Source: an uncultured Flavobacteriaceae bacterium (lineage in GTDB: Bacteria > Bacteroidota > Bacteroidia > Flavobacteriales > Flavobacteriaceae). Taken from it: a stretch of DNA of 64,000 nucleotides. Location: NCBI GenBank assembly GCA_963974245.1, contig CAXBBY010000014.1, positions 5,881 to 69,880 of the forward strand, in the 5' to 3' direction. Within the stretch, counting starts at the first letter, position 1, and every line of letters begins with the position of its first letter. Of the stretch, positions 19,880 through 30,005 are shown one piece after another. Under the pieces are notes generated by a model that saw only the letters and a list, made by a program, of their open reading frames with translations, was not told the origin of the DNA and searched no databases. Both the position numbers and the translations under genes were made by a program.

Positions 19880-20920
19880 TTAAGATTTAATGGTGTGCCC
19901 TAAAAAATTACTAAGATTACCTTCTTTTTCTAATACAACTTCTGTTATAAATCTATTATCTACAATTTTATCTTCAAATAAGTAGCCTTTATAAATAGAA
20001 GACTTTTTGGATTTTTCTATAATATCAAAAAAGTTTTTTTGATTGTTAGGAATATCAAAATAAGGTAAATACTCTTTGCAGTCTTTAGCTGTAGCGATAT
20101 GATAGATTCCTTGAACCAATGCGTAAAAGTTAAATTTCCGTGTTTCTTCTCTATCATAGTCATTTGGAAAATGACCAGCTTCAATTAAAATTGTATTGAA
20201 TCCTAATTTTTGAAAATTGTCTCCTGTTGCAGCTGGATAAAACTTATCTGTGTATCTACCAACATGGTTGGGAATTACTTTTTGCAGAAAATAATTCATT
20301 GCCACAATTACGTTCATGGTTTTTTTTCGTCCATTGGTAATTTTTTTAGTTTCTTCTTCTGAAGGTGCTAAAAACGATATTGTTGCAGGATTTTTTGTTC
20401 CTTCTATACCAAAAATTGTTCTTTGATCATGTAAATTGAAACAATAATGTGGTTTAAAATCTTCTAAAATAGTTCTTAATAGTTTGCTTTCTATCGCTTT
20501 TCTATCAATAGCATCTCTGTTTAAATCTATATTATTAGCATTTACACGAGTGTAATTTAAAGAACCATCTGGATTTAACATTGGAACACATAAAAGAGTA
20601 CAATTTTCTAATATCTCTTTAATAATAGGATTTGTAGAACTTTTTATACAGTTAAAAAAATCAAATAATGCTTTCGTTCCTGTGCTTTCATTTCCGTGCA
20701 TCTGTGTCCAAATAAGAATTTTTTTTGAACCTGAACCAAATTTAACAGCATGTATTGGAACTGCACTTTCAGAATACCCAATAATTGATACAGCTAGTTT
20801 TTCTGATAGTTTTGATAACAATGGAGAAATATGTGCATAATGAATCCATTTTCCAAAAAGAGCTGTTTCTTTTTTAGAAGTGTACATTTTTTCTAATAAT
20901 TCAGGATTCAATATTTCCAT
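19880..20920 (-). CDS. M14 zinc carboxypeptidase-family protein
   Basis: QMHGNE, NPDG, DLNR, LHDQ, LIEAG. Confidence 0.85.
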   Translation of the reverse strand: MEILNPELLEKMYTSKKETALFGKWIHYAHISPLLSKLSEKLAVSIIGYSESAVPIHAVKFGSGSKKILIWTQMHGNESTGTKALFDFFNCIKSSTNPIIKEILENCTLLCVPMLNPDGSLNYTRVNANNIDLNRDAIDRKAIESKLLRTILEDFKPHYCFNLHDQRTIFGIEGTKNPATISFLAPSEEETKKITNGRKKTMNVIVAMNYFLQKVIPNHVGRYTDKFYPAATGDNFQKLGFNTILIEAGHFPNDYDREETRKFNFYALVQGIYHIATAKDCKEYLPYFDIPNNQKNFFDIIEKSKKSSIYKGYLFEDKIVDNRFITEVVLEKEGNLSNFLGHTIKS

Positions 20921-20976
20921 TCCTATTTATATACAACAAAAGTACAAATTCGATTTGAGCTAGTTCAATATTTTTT

Positions 20977-21280
20977 TTACAAAAGTAAATCCCTATAATG
21001 TTACAAATGTAATCAATAATTATTTTTCAATTAGCTACAATTGTAACTTTATTAAGTTCATTATTTTATTGAATTCTTATTAAGTTTGATGACAAGGCAA
21101 ATGTCATAAATTTATTCTATAATTAAATTATAAATAATTGTTTTACAGTATTTTAAATTTAATCATATAAAGTTTTAATGCATCTGTAAAATAATTTAAT
21201 ATATATATTTTATATAAACATATAGATATTAATTTTAAATGATTTACATTTGTAATATAATAATTAATTTACAATGGTAA
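20977..21280. promoter_or_regulatory. Array of five TTAC-N4-GTAA palindromes over divergent promoters
   Basis: TTACAAAAGTAA 20977, TTACAAATGTAA 21001, CTACAATTGTAA 21035, TTACATTTGTAA 21244, TTACAATGGTAA 21269. Confidence 0.65.
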
Positions 21281-21639
21281 ACATAAGTGATTTTACAACA
21301 AGACTAAAAGAAGTGATGAGATTTCATCATTTAACGGCATCTTTATTTGCCGATAAAATTAATGTACAGCGTTCTAGCATCTCTCATATTATTTCTGGAA
21401 GAAACAAACCTAGCTTAGATTTTATTTTAAAAGTGACACATACGTTTAAAGATGTAGATATATATTGGTTGTTAAATGGAAAAGGTAGTTTTCCGAAACA
21501 AATAGCTAAAAAACCAACTGCCACTACTCCAACTCTTCCTTTTGAAGAAAAAGAAGCAATCAATTCTAATGAAGGAAATAAAATACAACGTATTGTTGTA
21601 TTTTATACTGATGGAACTTTTGAGGAGTACAAAAAATAA
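21274..21639 (+). CDS. XRE-family HTH regulator
   Basis: FADKINVQRSSISHIISGRNKPSLDF HTH, WLLNGKG, C-terminal RIVVFYTDGTFEEY. Confidence 0.85.
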   Translation: MVNISDFTTRLKEVMRFHHLTASLFADKINVQRSSISHIISGRNKPSLDFILKVTHTFKDVDIYWLLNGKGSFPKQIAKKPTATTPTLPFEEKEAINSNEGNKIQRIVVFYTDGTFEEYKK

Positions 21640-21693
21640 TACCTTTAGAGCATATCTAAAGGCGTTTATATATTCAGAGAAACAATAATTTCT

Positions 21694-24147
21694 TTAATCT
21701 ACTAACTGCGTCATACCGGTTCTAATAACTTGTATGTTTTTATTCCTATTAGAAACACCACTATTCTTTTGAAAATCTACCATTTGAAGTAATAAACTTA
21801 CTGCTGTTTTATCAAAATTAAATTTTTTAAATTGAATTCCTTTTGCAATAATATCATCTACCAAGTTCTGAATTGCTTTTGTGTTGTTGCTTTTTGCAAT
21901 TTTTTCATAGGCTCTTTTATAAAGTGCTTGTATTCTTGTATCGCTATTTAAATACATACCAGACAATACGTTTTGTGCAATAAATTCCAACTCTGTTTCA
22001 TCATTTTCTTCAATAAAAATCATTGTTAAAGGTGTTGCTATAATTTTACGAACATCTATTGGCAATTCTTTAGATAATTTTATTGCTAACGGTTTATCTA
22101 TATAATAAATTGCAACTAATGATTTTCCTAAAACACTGTATGATTTACTTTTTAAAGCTTCTTTAAATAAGGGTAAATTTTCTGGCTCTGTTAATTTACC
22201 TAAGGTTTCTATTGCCGCAGCTCTAACCAATGTTTTTTTATCATTTAAAGCAATTCTTTTTATTTTATCAATTACAGCTCTTTTAGAGGATTTATCAAAC
22301 AAATCTATATTTTCTATTGCTAAAATTCTAATTTTGTAAAATGAATCGTCTATAGCGTTCGCTATTGCTTCAAAAACTTTTTTATCCTCTTGCAACTTTA
22401 CAATTGCTAAAATTGCTTCTTTTTTATGAGCATAATTTGTAGTGTACTTTAGCTGACTTAAATATTGTTTCGTAGTTTTTGCCTCTGTAAAATCTGCTAA
22501 TAAAACACCGTCTGCATTAACAAGAATATTTTCGGGAATTTTAGAATATGAAAAAACAAACGAGGCATCTTTATCATCTACAAAAACATTATTACGTGTT
22601 ACTTTACCATTTTCTATAATATCGATTGCTAATGGAAATTTAAAATCTCCTTCTGTTTGATAAATATTTACAGTAACTTTTTTCTCTAAAGTATTATAAT
22701 CGTACGAAACTTGAATTTTTGGGTGTCCGTTTGAAAAATACCATTGATTAAAAAACCAATTTAAATCTTTCCCTGTAACTTTTTCAAATGCCAAACGTAA
22801 TTGAGGTACTTCTGCTGATTTATATTTATTTTCTGTTAAATATAATTTTAAACTCGCGTAAAAAGCTTCATCTCCTACATAATTTCTAAGCATATGCAAT
22901 ATTGTTCCACCTTTATTATAACTAACCGCATCAAACATATCTTCTTTGTCATTATAAAAATAACGCACTAAGTGTTTGTCAAAATTTTGCCCTTGTTTAT
23001 ATGTTTCTACATCTTCTAATAAATGTGCGTTTGCATTGTCTTTTCCGTATTTATATTCTCTCCACAGATACTCACTATAATTTGCAAAAGATTCGTTCAA
23101 TGTTAAATTACTCCAACTTTCTGCGGTTACTAAATCTCCAAACCAATGATGAAATAATTCATGGGCAATAGTATTTTCTTGTATATTTTCATCGATCAAT
23201 TGTCCTGGCATTTGATACGCTTTTTCTCCATGAATTACAGCTGTTGTGTTTTCCATTGCGCCACTTATATAATCTCTTCCAACAATTTGACTGTATTTAT
23301 TCCATGGATATTCTACACCTGTAATTTTTGAGAAAAAAGTCATCATTTCTGGTGTTAAACCAAAAATATCTTTTGCATACGGAGCGTATTTTTTTTCAAC
23401 ATAATATTCAACCGGAATGTTTTTATAAGAATCTTTAATAATTTCAAACTCGCCAACACCCAAAAAGAATAAATAGGGCGAATGTTTTTGCTTAAAGTTC
23501 CAATAATCTGTTCTTGTTCCGTTTGCATTAATTGTTTGCTTTTCTAATGCCCCGTTTGATAAGGTTTTATATTTACTTAGAACTGTAATTGTTAATTCTT
23601 GAGACGTTTTTTGATTTGGACTATCAATCGTTGGAAACCAACAACTGCTAGCTTCGGTTTCTCCTTGTGTCCAAACTTGAGTGGGTTTTGATGTATCTAA
23701 TCCATCAGCATTAATAAAATACAAACCTTTTGCTTGTGTAATTGCAGCGCCTCCTTTTTGTTGTACTTTTTCTGGTCTTGCTGTATATTTTATATATAGC
23801 GTAAAACTTTCATTTTTTATATATAATTTTGGTAATTCAACAATTAATTTTTCTCCATCATAATTATAACCAACTTCTTTAGAGTTTAATTTGATGCTGT
23901 AAATAATCATTGCTTTTGCATCTAATGTCACTTTATTTGTTGCGTAGAAATACGGACTTAGAGTAAGCCAAGCTTCACCATTTAACTGTTTCTTTTTAAA
24001 ATCTAATGAAATATTAAGCTTTGTATGCTCTAGTTGATGTACTTTATCTTTTTCTTTTCTGTAAGTAGATAATGGATCTATAGTTTGTGCAGAAACGGCA
24101 GCAATAAAAAAGACACAAATTACAAAAGTGAGTTTTTGAAGCTTCAT
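21694..24147 (-). CDS. M1 aminopeptidase with C-terminal HEAT-like repeats, secreted
   Basis: Signal peptide, GAMEN, HELFH-x18-E, YNKG. Confidence 0.92.
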   Translation of the reverse strand: MKLQKLTFVICVFFIAAVSAQTIDPLSTYRKEKDKVHQLEHTKLNISLDFKKKQLNGEAWLTLSPYFYATNKVTLDAKAMIIYSIKLNSKEVGYNYDGEKLIVELPKLYIKNESFTLYIKYTARPEKVQQKGGAAITQAKGLYFINADGLDTSKPTQVWTQGETEASSCWFPTIDSPNQKTSQELTITVLSKYKTLSNGALEKQTINANGTRTDYWNFKQKHSPYLFFLGVGEFEIIKDSYKNIPVEYYVEKKYAPYAKDIFGLTPEMMTFFSKITGVEYPWNKYSQIVGRDYISGAMENTTAVIHGEKAYQMPGQLIDENIQENTIAHELFHHWFGDLVTAESWSNLTLNESFANYSEYLWREYKYGKDNANAHLLEDVETYKQGQNFDKHLVRYFYNDKEDMFDAVSYNKGGTILHMLRNYVGDEAFYASLKLYLTENKYKSAEVPQLRLAFEKVTGKDLNWFFNQWYFSNGHPKIQVSYDYNTLEKKVTVNIYQTEGDFKFPLAIDIIENGKVTRNNVFVDDKDASFVFSYSKIPENILVNADGVLLADFTEAKTTKQYLSQLKYTTNYAHKKEAILAIVKLQEDKKVFEAIANAIDDSFYKIRILAIENIDLFDKSSKRAVIDKIKRIALNDKKTLVRAAAIETLGKLTEPENLPLFKEALKSKSYSVLGKSLVAIYYIDKPLAIKLSKELPIDVRKIIATPLTMIFIEENDETELEFIAQNVLSGMYLNSDTRIQALYKRAYEKIAKSNNTKAIQNLVDDIIAKGIQFKKFNFDKTAVSLLLQMVDFQKNSGVSNRNKNIQVIRTGMTQLVD

Positions 24148-24218
24148 AAATAACGATTATTATTAAGACTTCAAAAGTAAGAAATTTATAGCGTATCCTT
24201 GTTAATGGCTCGTTAAAA

Positions 24219-24257
24219 AGAAAAGCTCAAAATCTAAAGTAGATTTTGAGCTTTTCT
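24219..24257 (-). terminator. Intrinsic terminator of the ECF/DUF4252 operon
   Basis: AGAAAAGCTCAAAATCTA-AAG-TAGATTTTGAGCTTTTCT 18-bp stem. Confidence 0.85.
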
Positions 24258-24273
24258 ATAAAAAATATTATTA

Positions 24274-24804
24274 TTATTTAAACAAAACTTTAAACTGATC
24301 TAAATTCATTCCTTCAGAATCAAGTTTTACATCATTCATCATTTTCATAATTTTAGAAGGATTCATATTGTCTCCTAAAATTCTTGCAACTCCTACTCCT
24401 TGTTTAGCTCCATATCCAAAAGCAATTATCTCATCAATGGCATCTGCATCACCAGTATAATATAAACTTACCTTCATGTTTTTTTCGGTAAAACGCATAA
24501 TACTTTTATACTCTTTTCCTTTTAAAATCTTAACTAACTGCGCTTTCTCAGCTCCTATTTTTGTTGCATTGTCTTTAAAAAGCATTGCCACAACATTAAT
24601 TTTTTTAATACTTTTTAATGTTTCTCTTGTTTCATTTGATACATTATCAGATTTAACTTGCAAAATACTTGCTGGCACATCAAAAGTGATAAACCCAGAT
24701 TTTTCTTGACTTTTAACTAAGTAACTTTGTAAAGATTCATCATTACAAGATGTAAATGAGAAAGCTAGTATAAAAGCGACAATTAAAGTTGTTATTTTTT
24801 TCAT
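24274..24804 (-). CDS. DUF4252-like lipoprotein
   Basis: Likely start MKKITTL (24804), lipobox FTSC, GDNMNP motif; paralogue of the neighbouring gene. Confidence 0.7.
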   Translation of the reverse strand: MKKITTLIVAFILAFSFTSCNDESLQSYLVKSQEKSGFITFDVPASILQVKSDNVSNETRETLKSIKKINVVAMLFKDNATKIGAEKAQLVKILKGKEYKSIMRFTEKNMKVSLYYTGDADAIDEIIAFGYGAKQGVGVARILGDNMNPSKIMKMMNDVKLDSEGMNLDQFKVLFK

Positions 24805-24852
24805 TGGTTTTGTTTTAAGTGAATAATTTTTCAAGCAATTTTTTAAAGAAAT

Positions 24853-25377
24853 TTATTTTTCAGATTTTTTTCCGTCATTTGTAAATTTATCTGCTAAGCT
24901 AGATAACTTATTGATGTCAATCATTCCTGTTAAAGAAACAACCATAGATTCTGCATTACCTTCAGTAACTCTGCTAACTCCATTTACAAACATCAACACT
25001 TCGTTAACGTAGTCTTTTTTGCTGCCAGTTTTTACATAAATTCTAACTCTAGCATCTTTGTCTTTTATTCTCATTAACTCAATTAAATTCGATTTTTTAA
25101 CGGCAGATACTACCATCGACTCCATTGTTTTTGCGACTTTAGCATCATTTGTTTTAAAAAACTTTAATTCATTTAAGTTTTGCACCATTTTAAAAATTTC
25201 TACAGCTTCATTATCACCTCCCATGCCTCCACCGAATTTTTGTAATAACTGAAACGCATCTTTGTTAACGATAACAGAAGATACTTCATCCATGTTTTCT
25301 AATTTATCAAACATCGATTGTCCAAAACTTACTACTGGCGATATTACTAAGGCTATTAATACAATTATTTTTTTCAT
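24853..25377 (-). CDS. DUF4252-like exported protein
   Basis: Signal peptide, FDKLENMDEVSSVIVNK, ELMRIKD, LTGMIDINKLS. Confidence 0.72.
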   Translation of the reverse strand: MKKIIVLIALVISPVVSFGQSMFDKLENMDEVSSVIVNKDAFQLLQKFGGGMGGDNEAVEIFKMVQNLNELKFFKTNDAKVAKTMESMVVSAVKKSNLIELMRIKDKDARVRIYVKTGSKKDYVNEVLMFVNGVSRVTEGNAESMVVSLTGMIDINKLSSLADKFTNDGKKSEK

Positions 25378-25416
25378 AATTTCTCTTGTTTACTTGGTTT
25401 ACTAATTATTTTAATT

Positions 25417-25836
25417 TTACTTGGTTTTAAATATTTTATTTACGATGTCTTCGTAAGTATATAAACTTGCTACAGCTTCGTTTCCTTTGTTTAAATTTGT
25501 AGAAAGCATTTTTAACACGTCTTTTACTTGCGCATATTGTGCTTTAGCTTTTTGTTTTTGCTTATAACTATTTCCCATATACACACTAAATAATAAGACA
25601 ACTGACGCAGCTACTGGCAACCATTTCCAATTCGTTTTTTTAGTTTTTAATTGGATTGGTTTTACAGATGTTTCTGCTTTATTAAAGGCAAAATAACTAA
25701 ACATAGATTCATACTCTTGTAAATGTGAAGCTACATTACCTGATAAAAAGTAGTTTTTTAATGTTGCTTCTTCTTGCAAAGTAGTTTCTGCATTTAGATA
25801 TTTTTCTAACAACTTTTCTATTTTAGATAATTCCAT
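25417..25836 (-). CDS. Probable single-TM anti-sigma factor
   Basis: IEKLLEKYLNAETTLQEE N-terminus and WLPVAASVVLL TM helix; overlaps the sigma gene. Confidence 0.7.
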   Translation of the reverse strand: MELSKIEKLLEKYLNAETTLQEEATLKNYFLSGNVASHLQEYESMFSYFAFNKAETSVKPIQLKTKKTNWKWLPVAASVVLLFSVYMGNSYKQKQKAKAQYAQVKDVLKMLSTNLNKGNEAVASLYTYEDIVNKIFKTK

Positions 25837-26332
25837 AATTGTGTTGTTTTATTAGTTCTTCTCTTATTGTTTTTCTAGCTCTTGATAATGCTACTCTTAC
25901 AGCTGTTGGTTTTAAGTCTAACATTTTTCCGATCTCTTCAAAATCGTACTCTTCAACGTCTCTTAATTGGATAACTAACTTTTGCTGTTCTGGTAACTTT
26001 TCAATAAGCTTATATACTTGGCTAACACTATCTCGATACTCCAATTTTTTATCTAAAGAAGTATCTTTTTCTTTATAATTACTATGAACCAATGTTAAAT
26101 TGGATGCTTGTTTAGATTTTAATCTATCAAAACAATAATTTTTAGTCATTGTCATTGCAAATGCTTCAACATTTTTATATTCAGCTATTTTAGCTTTGTT
26201 TTTCCATAATTTAAAATACAATTCTTGTGTTGCATCTTCTGCTTCTTCAGTAGATACTAATAGCCTTTTGGCTAAACGAAAGACTTTGTCTTTAAAAGGT
26301 AAAACAGATTTTAAAAAGTCTGATTGATTCAT
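25823..26332 (-). CDS. ECF sigma-70 factor
   Basis: EAEDATQELYFKLW region 2; LPEQQKLVIQLRDVEEYDFEEIGKML..VRVALSRARK region 4; likely start MNQSDF. Confidence 0.92.
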   Translation of the reverse strand: MNQSDFLKSVLPFKDKVFRLAKRLLVSTEEAEDATQELYFKLWKNKAKIAEYKNVEAFAMTMTKNYCFDRLKSKQASNLTLVHSNYKEKDTSLDKKLEYRDSVSQVYKLIEKLPEQQKLVIQLRDVEEYDFEEIGKMLDLKPTAVRVALSRARKTIREELIKQHNYGII

Positions 26333-26390
26333 TAGTTTGTTATAATAGTTGTGCAAAAACGGTTATTTATAATTGCTTTTACTCCTTTAT

Positions 26391-26416
26391 GACGACGCAC
26401 AATTAATTTTGTTACA
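26391..26416 (-). promoter_or_regulatory. Putative ECF-type autoregulatory promoter
   Basis: Minus strand TGTAAC-N16-CGTC about 60 nt upstream of the sigma gene. Confidence 0.6.
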
Positions 26417-26488
26417 TCTATTTTTTAAATGTACTATAATTCTCTAAATTGCGTTACTAAAATAATAGCTTTTCTAAATGCTGAATTA

Positions 26489-27943
26489 ATGAAAAACCTC
26501 TATAAAGCTCTATTCTTTCTTTGTTTTTCTTCTACTTTGTTTAATTGCACCAAAGAAGATACAATTTCTGCGGATGTAGAAATCAATGATTTTGTATGGA
26601 AAGCAATGAACGCCTATTATTTATATCAAGATCAAATTCCAGATTTAGCAGACAGAAGGTTTAACAATCAACCCGAATTAAATAATTTTTTAAGAGGATT
26701 TTCCTCGCCAAATGAATTATTTTTAAATGTAGTATACGACAGACCAAACACAGATAACAAATCCGTTTTACTGAACGATTACAATTTAATTCAGCAACCA
26801 AATAGAAGAACCTCATTTACTCATGGAGTTGAATATGGAATTGTTGCCGTTCCAGGAAATGCAGATAATGTGATTGGTTTTGTGCAATATATTTTACCAA
26901 ACTCAAACGCATCAACCTTGTCTATTAAAAGAGGAGATTTTTTCTACGCAGTAGATAATGTACAATTAACAAGAGATAATTTTAACTCTTTATTAGAAGC
27001 AACAGCAGCTTCTTATGAATTAAGCATGGCAACTTTTGATGGAACAACAGTTACGCCAAACGCAACAAAAGTTACATTGACAAAAACTGGTTACACACAT
27101 AATCCAGTTTTTATGTCAAAAAATATTGTTAGCGGTACAAATAATATTGGCTATTTATTGTATAATAATGATTTTTCTAGCAATTACATCAACGATTTAA
27201 ATAACACATTTTTACAATTTAAAAATCAGGGAGTTAATGAGTTGATTTTAGATTTTCGATACAATGTTGGTGGCGGAAGTTTTGTTAAAAACATCAATCA
27301 AATTGCTAGTATGATTACGGGGCAATTCGAATATCAACCATTCTTAAAAAAACGCTGGAATAGCAAAGCACAAAACTGGTTTGAATTAAATCAACCAGAT
27401 TCATTAATTACTAAATTTGCAAATAAAATAAATATATCTACTCCAATTAATAGTTTAGGACTAACAGATGTTTATATCATTTTAAATGGAAGCTCATCTT
27501 CTGCAGAGCTTTTAATTAACAGTTTAAATAGTTATATGAATGTTTATGTGATTAATAGCAGAACAACAGACGGAAACAATACGGGTTCAATTACATTGTA
27601 CAACTCAATTGATTACGATTCTATTGGAAAAAGCGCAAATCATACAGTTGCATTACAGCCAGTTGTATTAGAATTCTTAAACAGTAATGATGAAACGTAT
27701 CAAAACGGGTTTACACCAGAGATGAGAATTTGTAACGAAGAAAATATTTTAAATTTAGGTGCTTTAGGAGAAATGTCTGAGCCTATACTGAATGAAGTTG
27801 TTAATTTTGTAAATGGCATTCCGCCTAATCCTCCATCTATATGTAATCCTAATAATTTACAATATCTTTATAACTCTGTTAACAATCAAAGAATTATAGA
27901 TACTGGAGTGTTTATCAAACAAAATTTACCGAATACCAATTAG
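26489..27943 (+). CDS. S41-family peptidase-like lipoprotein with PDZ (catalytic Lys appears substituted)
   Basis: MKNLY..LFNC lipoprotein start, GFVQYILPNS PDZ, IGYLLYN, LILDFRYNVGGG, SSSSAEL; TTDGNNTGS in place of T-x-GK. Confidence 0.75.
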   Translation: MKNLYKALFFLCFSSTLFNCTKEDTISADVEINDFVWKAMNAYYLYQDQIPDLADRRFNNQPELNNFLRGFSSPNELFLNVVYDRPNTDNKSVLLNDYNLIQQPNRRTSFTHGVEYGIVAVPGNADNVIGFVQYILPNSNASTLSIKRGDFFYAVDNVQLTRDNFNSLLEATAASYELSMATFDGTTVTPNATKVTLTKTGYTHNPVFMSKNIVSGTNNIGYLLYNNDFSSNYINDLNNTFLQFKNQGVNELILDFRYNVGGGSFVKNINQIASMITGQFEYQPFLKKRWNSKAQNWFELNQPDSLITKFANKINISTPINSLGLTDVYIILNGSSSSAELLINSLNSYMNVYVINSRTTDGNNTGSITLYNSIDYDSIGKSANHTVALQPVVLEFLNSNDETYQNGFTPEMRICNEENILNLGALGEMSEPILNEVVNFVNGIPPNPPSICNPNNLQYLYNSVNNQRIIDTGVFIKQNLPNTN

Positions 27944-28869
27944 CTTTTTAAATCTGGTCTAAATTCATTCATTAAATCTTCATTTTTTTGTTGTGCATAC
28001 TCAAAACCAGATTGCCACCATTTGGTCATTAATTTTTTATCAAATATTAAAGAATTTGTTGTTAATACAGTTGGTGTATAGTATAAATTTAATTTTACAT
28101 CGTTTTGTTTTGCTGATAACTTACCAATAGTAATATTATGTCGTTCTACATTTTCTAACATAAAATCAAATGCATCAAACATTAAAGAAAAAGGGTTTTT
28201 AGATTTTACTTTATTTATTTGAGTAATTTCGGTTTCTAGAATAATTACATCAATTTCTTTTGCACCACGTAAAATTGCTTCTCTAATTGGCACTAAACAA
28301 CCAAAACCTCCATCGGCATACTGACAACCGTTTTTTTCTAATAAACTCATAAACGGTATGTAATTGCATGAAGCCCAAATCCAATCGCAAAAATCATTAT
28401 AAGTGCATTCTCTTAGTGTTTTATATTCAACTTTATTTGTAGATAAATTTGATACAGTAACCACTACTTCTTTTTCGTTTCTTATAATTTTCAAAAACAC
28501 TTCCTCTGTAATTTCTTTTTTAATTAGTGCTCTTAAATTCTTACTTTCTCCAAATGTTTTTCTACCGTTAATAAAATTCCAAAGGGTATTAAAATGATTT
28601 ATTTTTATTACTTTTTCTCCATGTTTCTTTTTTATTATAAAAGGATTGTTGCTAAAAATAGATTCTTGATTTACATTAGTATAAATACGTTTTAACTCCT
28701 TAATTTTACCAATAGCTAAATGAGAAACCATTAAACTACCTGTAGAAGTACCAATAAATAAATCATAATTACACTTATTTTCCTCCATTAAATATTGCGC
28801 AACACCACCTGCAAAAGCTCCTTTGCTGCCACCACCAGAAATTACCAATGCTCTTTTATTAATATTCAT
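27940..28869 (-). CDS. Patatin-like phospholipase
   Basis: GGGSKG, GTSTG, DGG. Confidence 0.9.
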   Translation of the reverse strand: MNINKRALVISGGGSKGAFAGGVAQYLMEENKCNYDLFIGTSTGSLMVSHLAIGKIKELKRIYTNVNQESIFSNNPFIIKKKHGEKVIKINHFNTLWNFINGRKTFGESKNLRALIKKEITEEVFLKIIRNEKEVVVTVSNLSTNKVEYKTLRECTYNDFCDWIWASCNYIPFMSLLEKNGCQYADGGFGCLVPIREAILRGAKEIDVIILETEITQINKVKSKNPFSLMFDAFDFMLENVERHNITIGKLSAKQNDVKLNLYYTPTVLTTNSLIFDKKLMTKWWQSGFEYAQQKNEDLMNEFRPDLKS

Positions 28870-28961
28870 TAAAATACATTATTTTTAGTTGATAAAAATT
28901 TGTTGACAATTTACAATTAAACAAAGCAATATTGTAAATTAGTCGCTTAAAAACATGAAAA

Positions 28962-30002
28962 ATGAAAAAAAATATTCTTTTTGTTTTTGTTGCAATCATT
29001 TTCCTCTCTTGTAAACAAGAATATGAGCCTAGAAATTTTGAAACTGTTACCATCCAAAAATTTGATATAGACAGCACAAGTATTAGAGCAATTATTGCTA
29101 TAAGTATCGATGAACTCTTATTTGCTGGCTCTCGTGGAGATATTGGTTTAACTGAAGACGGAGGAGAAACATGGGAATTTGAATACTTAAAATATCAAGA
29201 TTCTATTGTGCCTCATTTTAGAAGTTTAGCAAAAACATCTTCTGCGGTTTTTGCGTTATCAATTGCAAACCCTGCGTTGCTTTATAAAATTAGTTTTGGA
29301 GAAAAAAAAATTGTGTATAAAGAAGAACACGAAAAAGTGTTTTATGATGCCATGACTTTTTTAGATGATACAACCGGAATTGCCATTGGAGATCCAATTG
29401 GTGGTTGCACATCTATTATAATGACTTATGATGGTGGAGAAACTTGGAATAAAATAGACTGTTCTAATTTGCCAGAAGTTAAAGAAGGAGAAGCGTCTTT
29501 TGCTGCTAGTAACACCAATATTGCTTTTTATAAAAATAATATTTGGGTGGTAACTGGCGGAACAAAAGCCAGGGTTTTAAAATCTGCCGATAAAGGAAAA
29601 ACGTGGGAAGCTATAGAAACTCCATTTATTCAAGGAAATGGTTCACAGGGAATTTATTCTGTAGATTTTTACAATGAAAATATAGGAATAATTGTTGGAG
29701 GAGATTATTCTAAACCAAATGAAAATAAAGCCAATAAAGCGATTACTTCTGATGGTGGAAAAACATGGACTTTAGTTGCAGACGGTGAATCGCCAAATTA
29801 TAAAAGTTCTGTAAAATATATTCCTAGAACTAAAGGGAAAGAAGTAATTGCCGTTGGAAAAACAGGAGTTTCTTTCTCTAATGATGGAGGAAGAACCTGG
29901 AAAGATGTTAGCAAAGAAGGGTATTATGCAATTGATTTTGTTGATAAAAACACCGCTTGGTTGTCTGGTCATCAGAAAATTGGGAAATTAAATTTATATT
30001 AA
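28962..30002 (+). CDS. BNR/Asp-box beta-propeller lipoprotein (YCF48-like)
   Basis: Lipobox FLSC; repeated T.DGG.TW / S.DKGKTW / SNDGGRTW Asp-boxes. Confidence 0.8.
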   Translation: MKKNILFVFVAIIFLSCKQEYEPRNFETVTIQKFDIDSTSIRAIIAISIDELLFAGSRGDIGLTEDGGETWEFEYLKYQDSIVPHFRSLAKTSSAVFALSIANPALLYKISFGEKKIVYKEEHEKVFYDAMTFLDDTTGIAIGDPIGGCTSIIMTYDGGETWNKIDCSNLPEVKEGEASFAASNTNIAFYKNNIWVVTGGTKARVLKSADKGKTWEAIETPFIQGNGSQGIYSVDFYNENIGIIVGGDYSKPNENKANKAITSDGGKTWTLVADGESPNYKSSVKYIPRTKGKEVIAVGKTGVSFSNDGGRTWKDVSKEGYYAIDFVDKNTAWLSGHQKIGKLNLY

Positions 30003-30005
30003 AGA

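Noticed and set aside
21060-21240. Extremely AT-rich stretch as a possible oriC unwinding element
   Set aside because: No TTATCCACA-type DnaA boxes and no dnaA, mnmG or parA context; better explained as a regulatory spacer.
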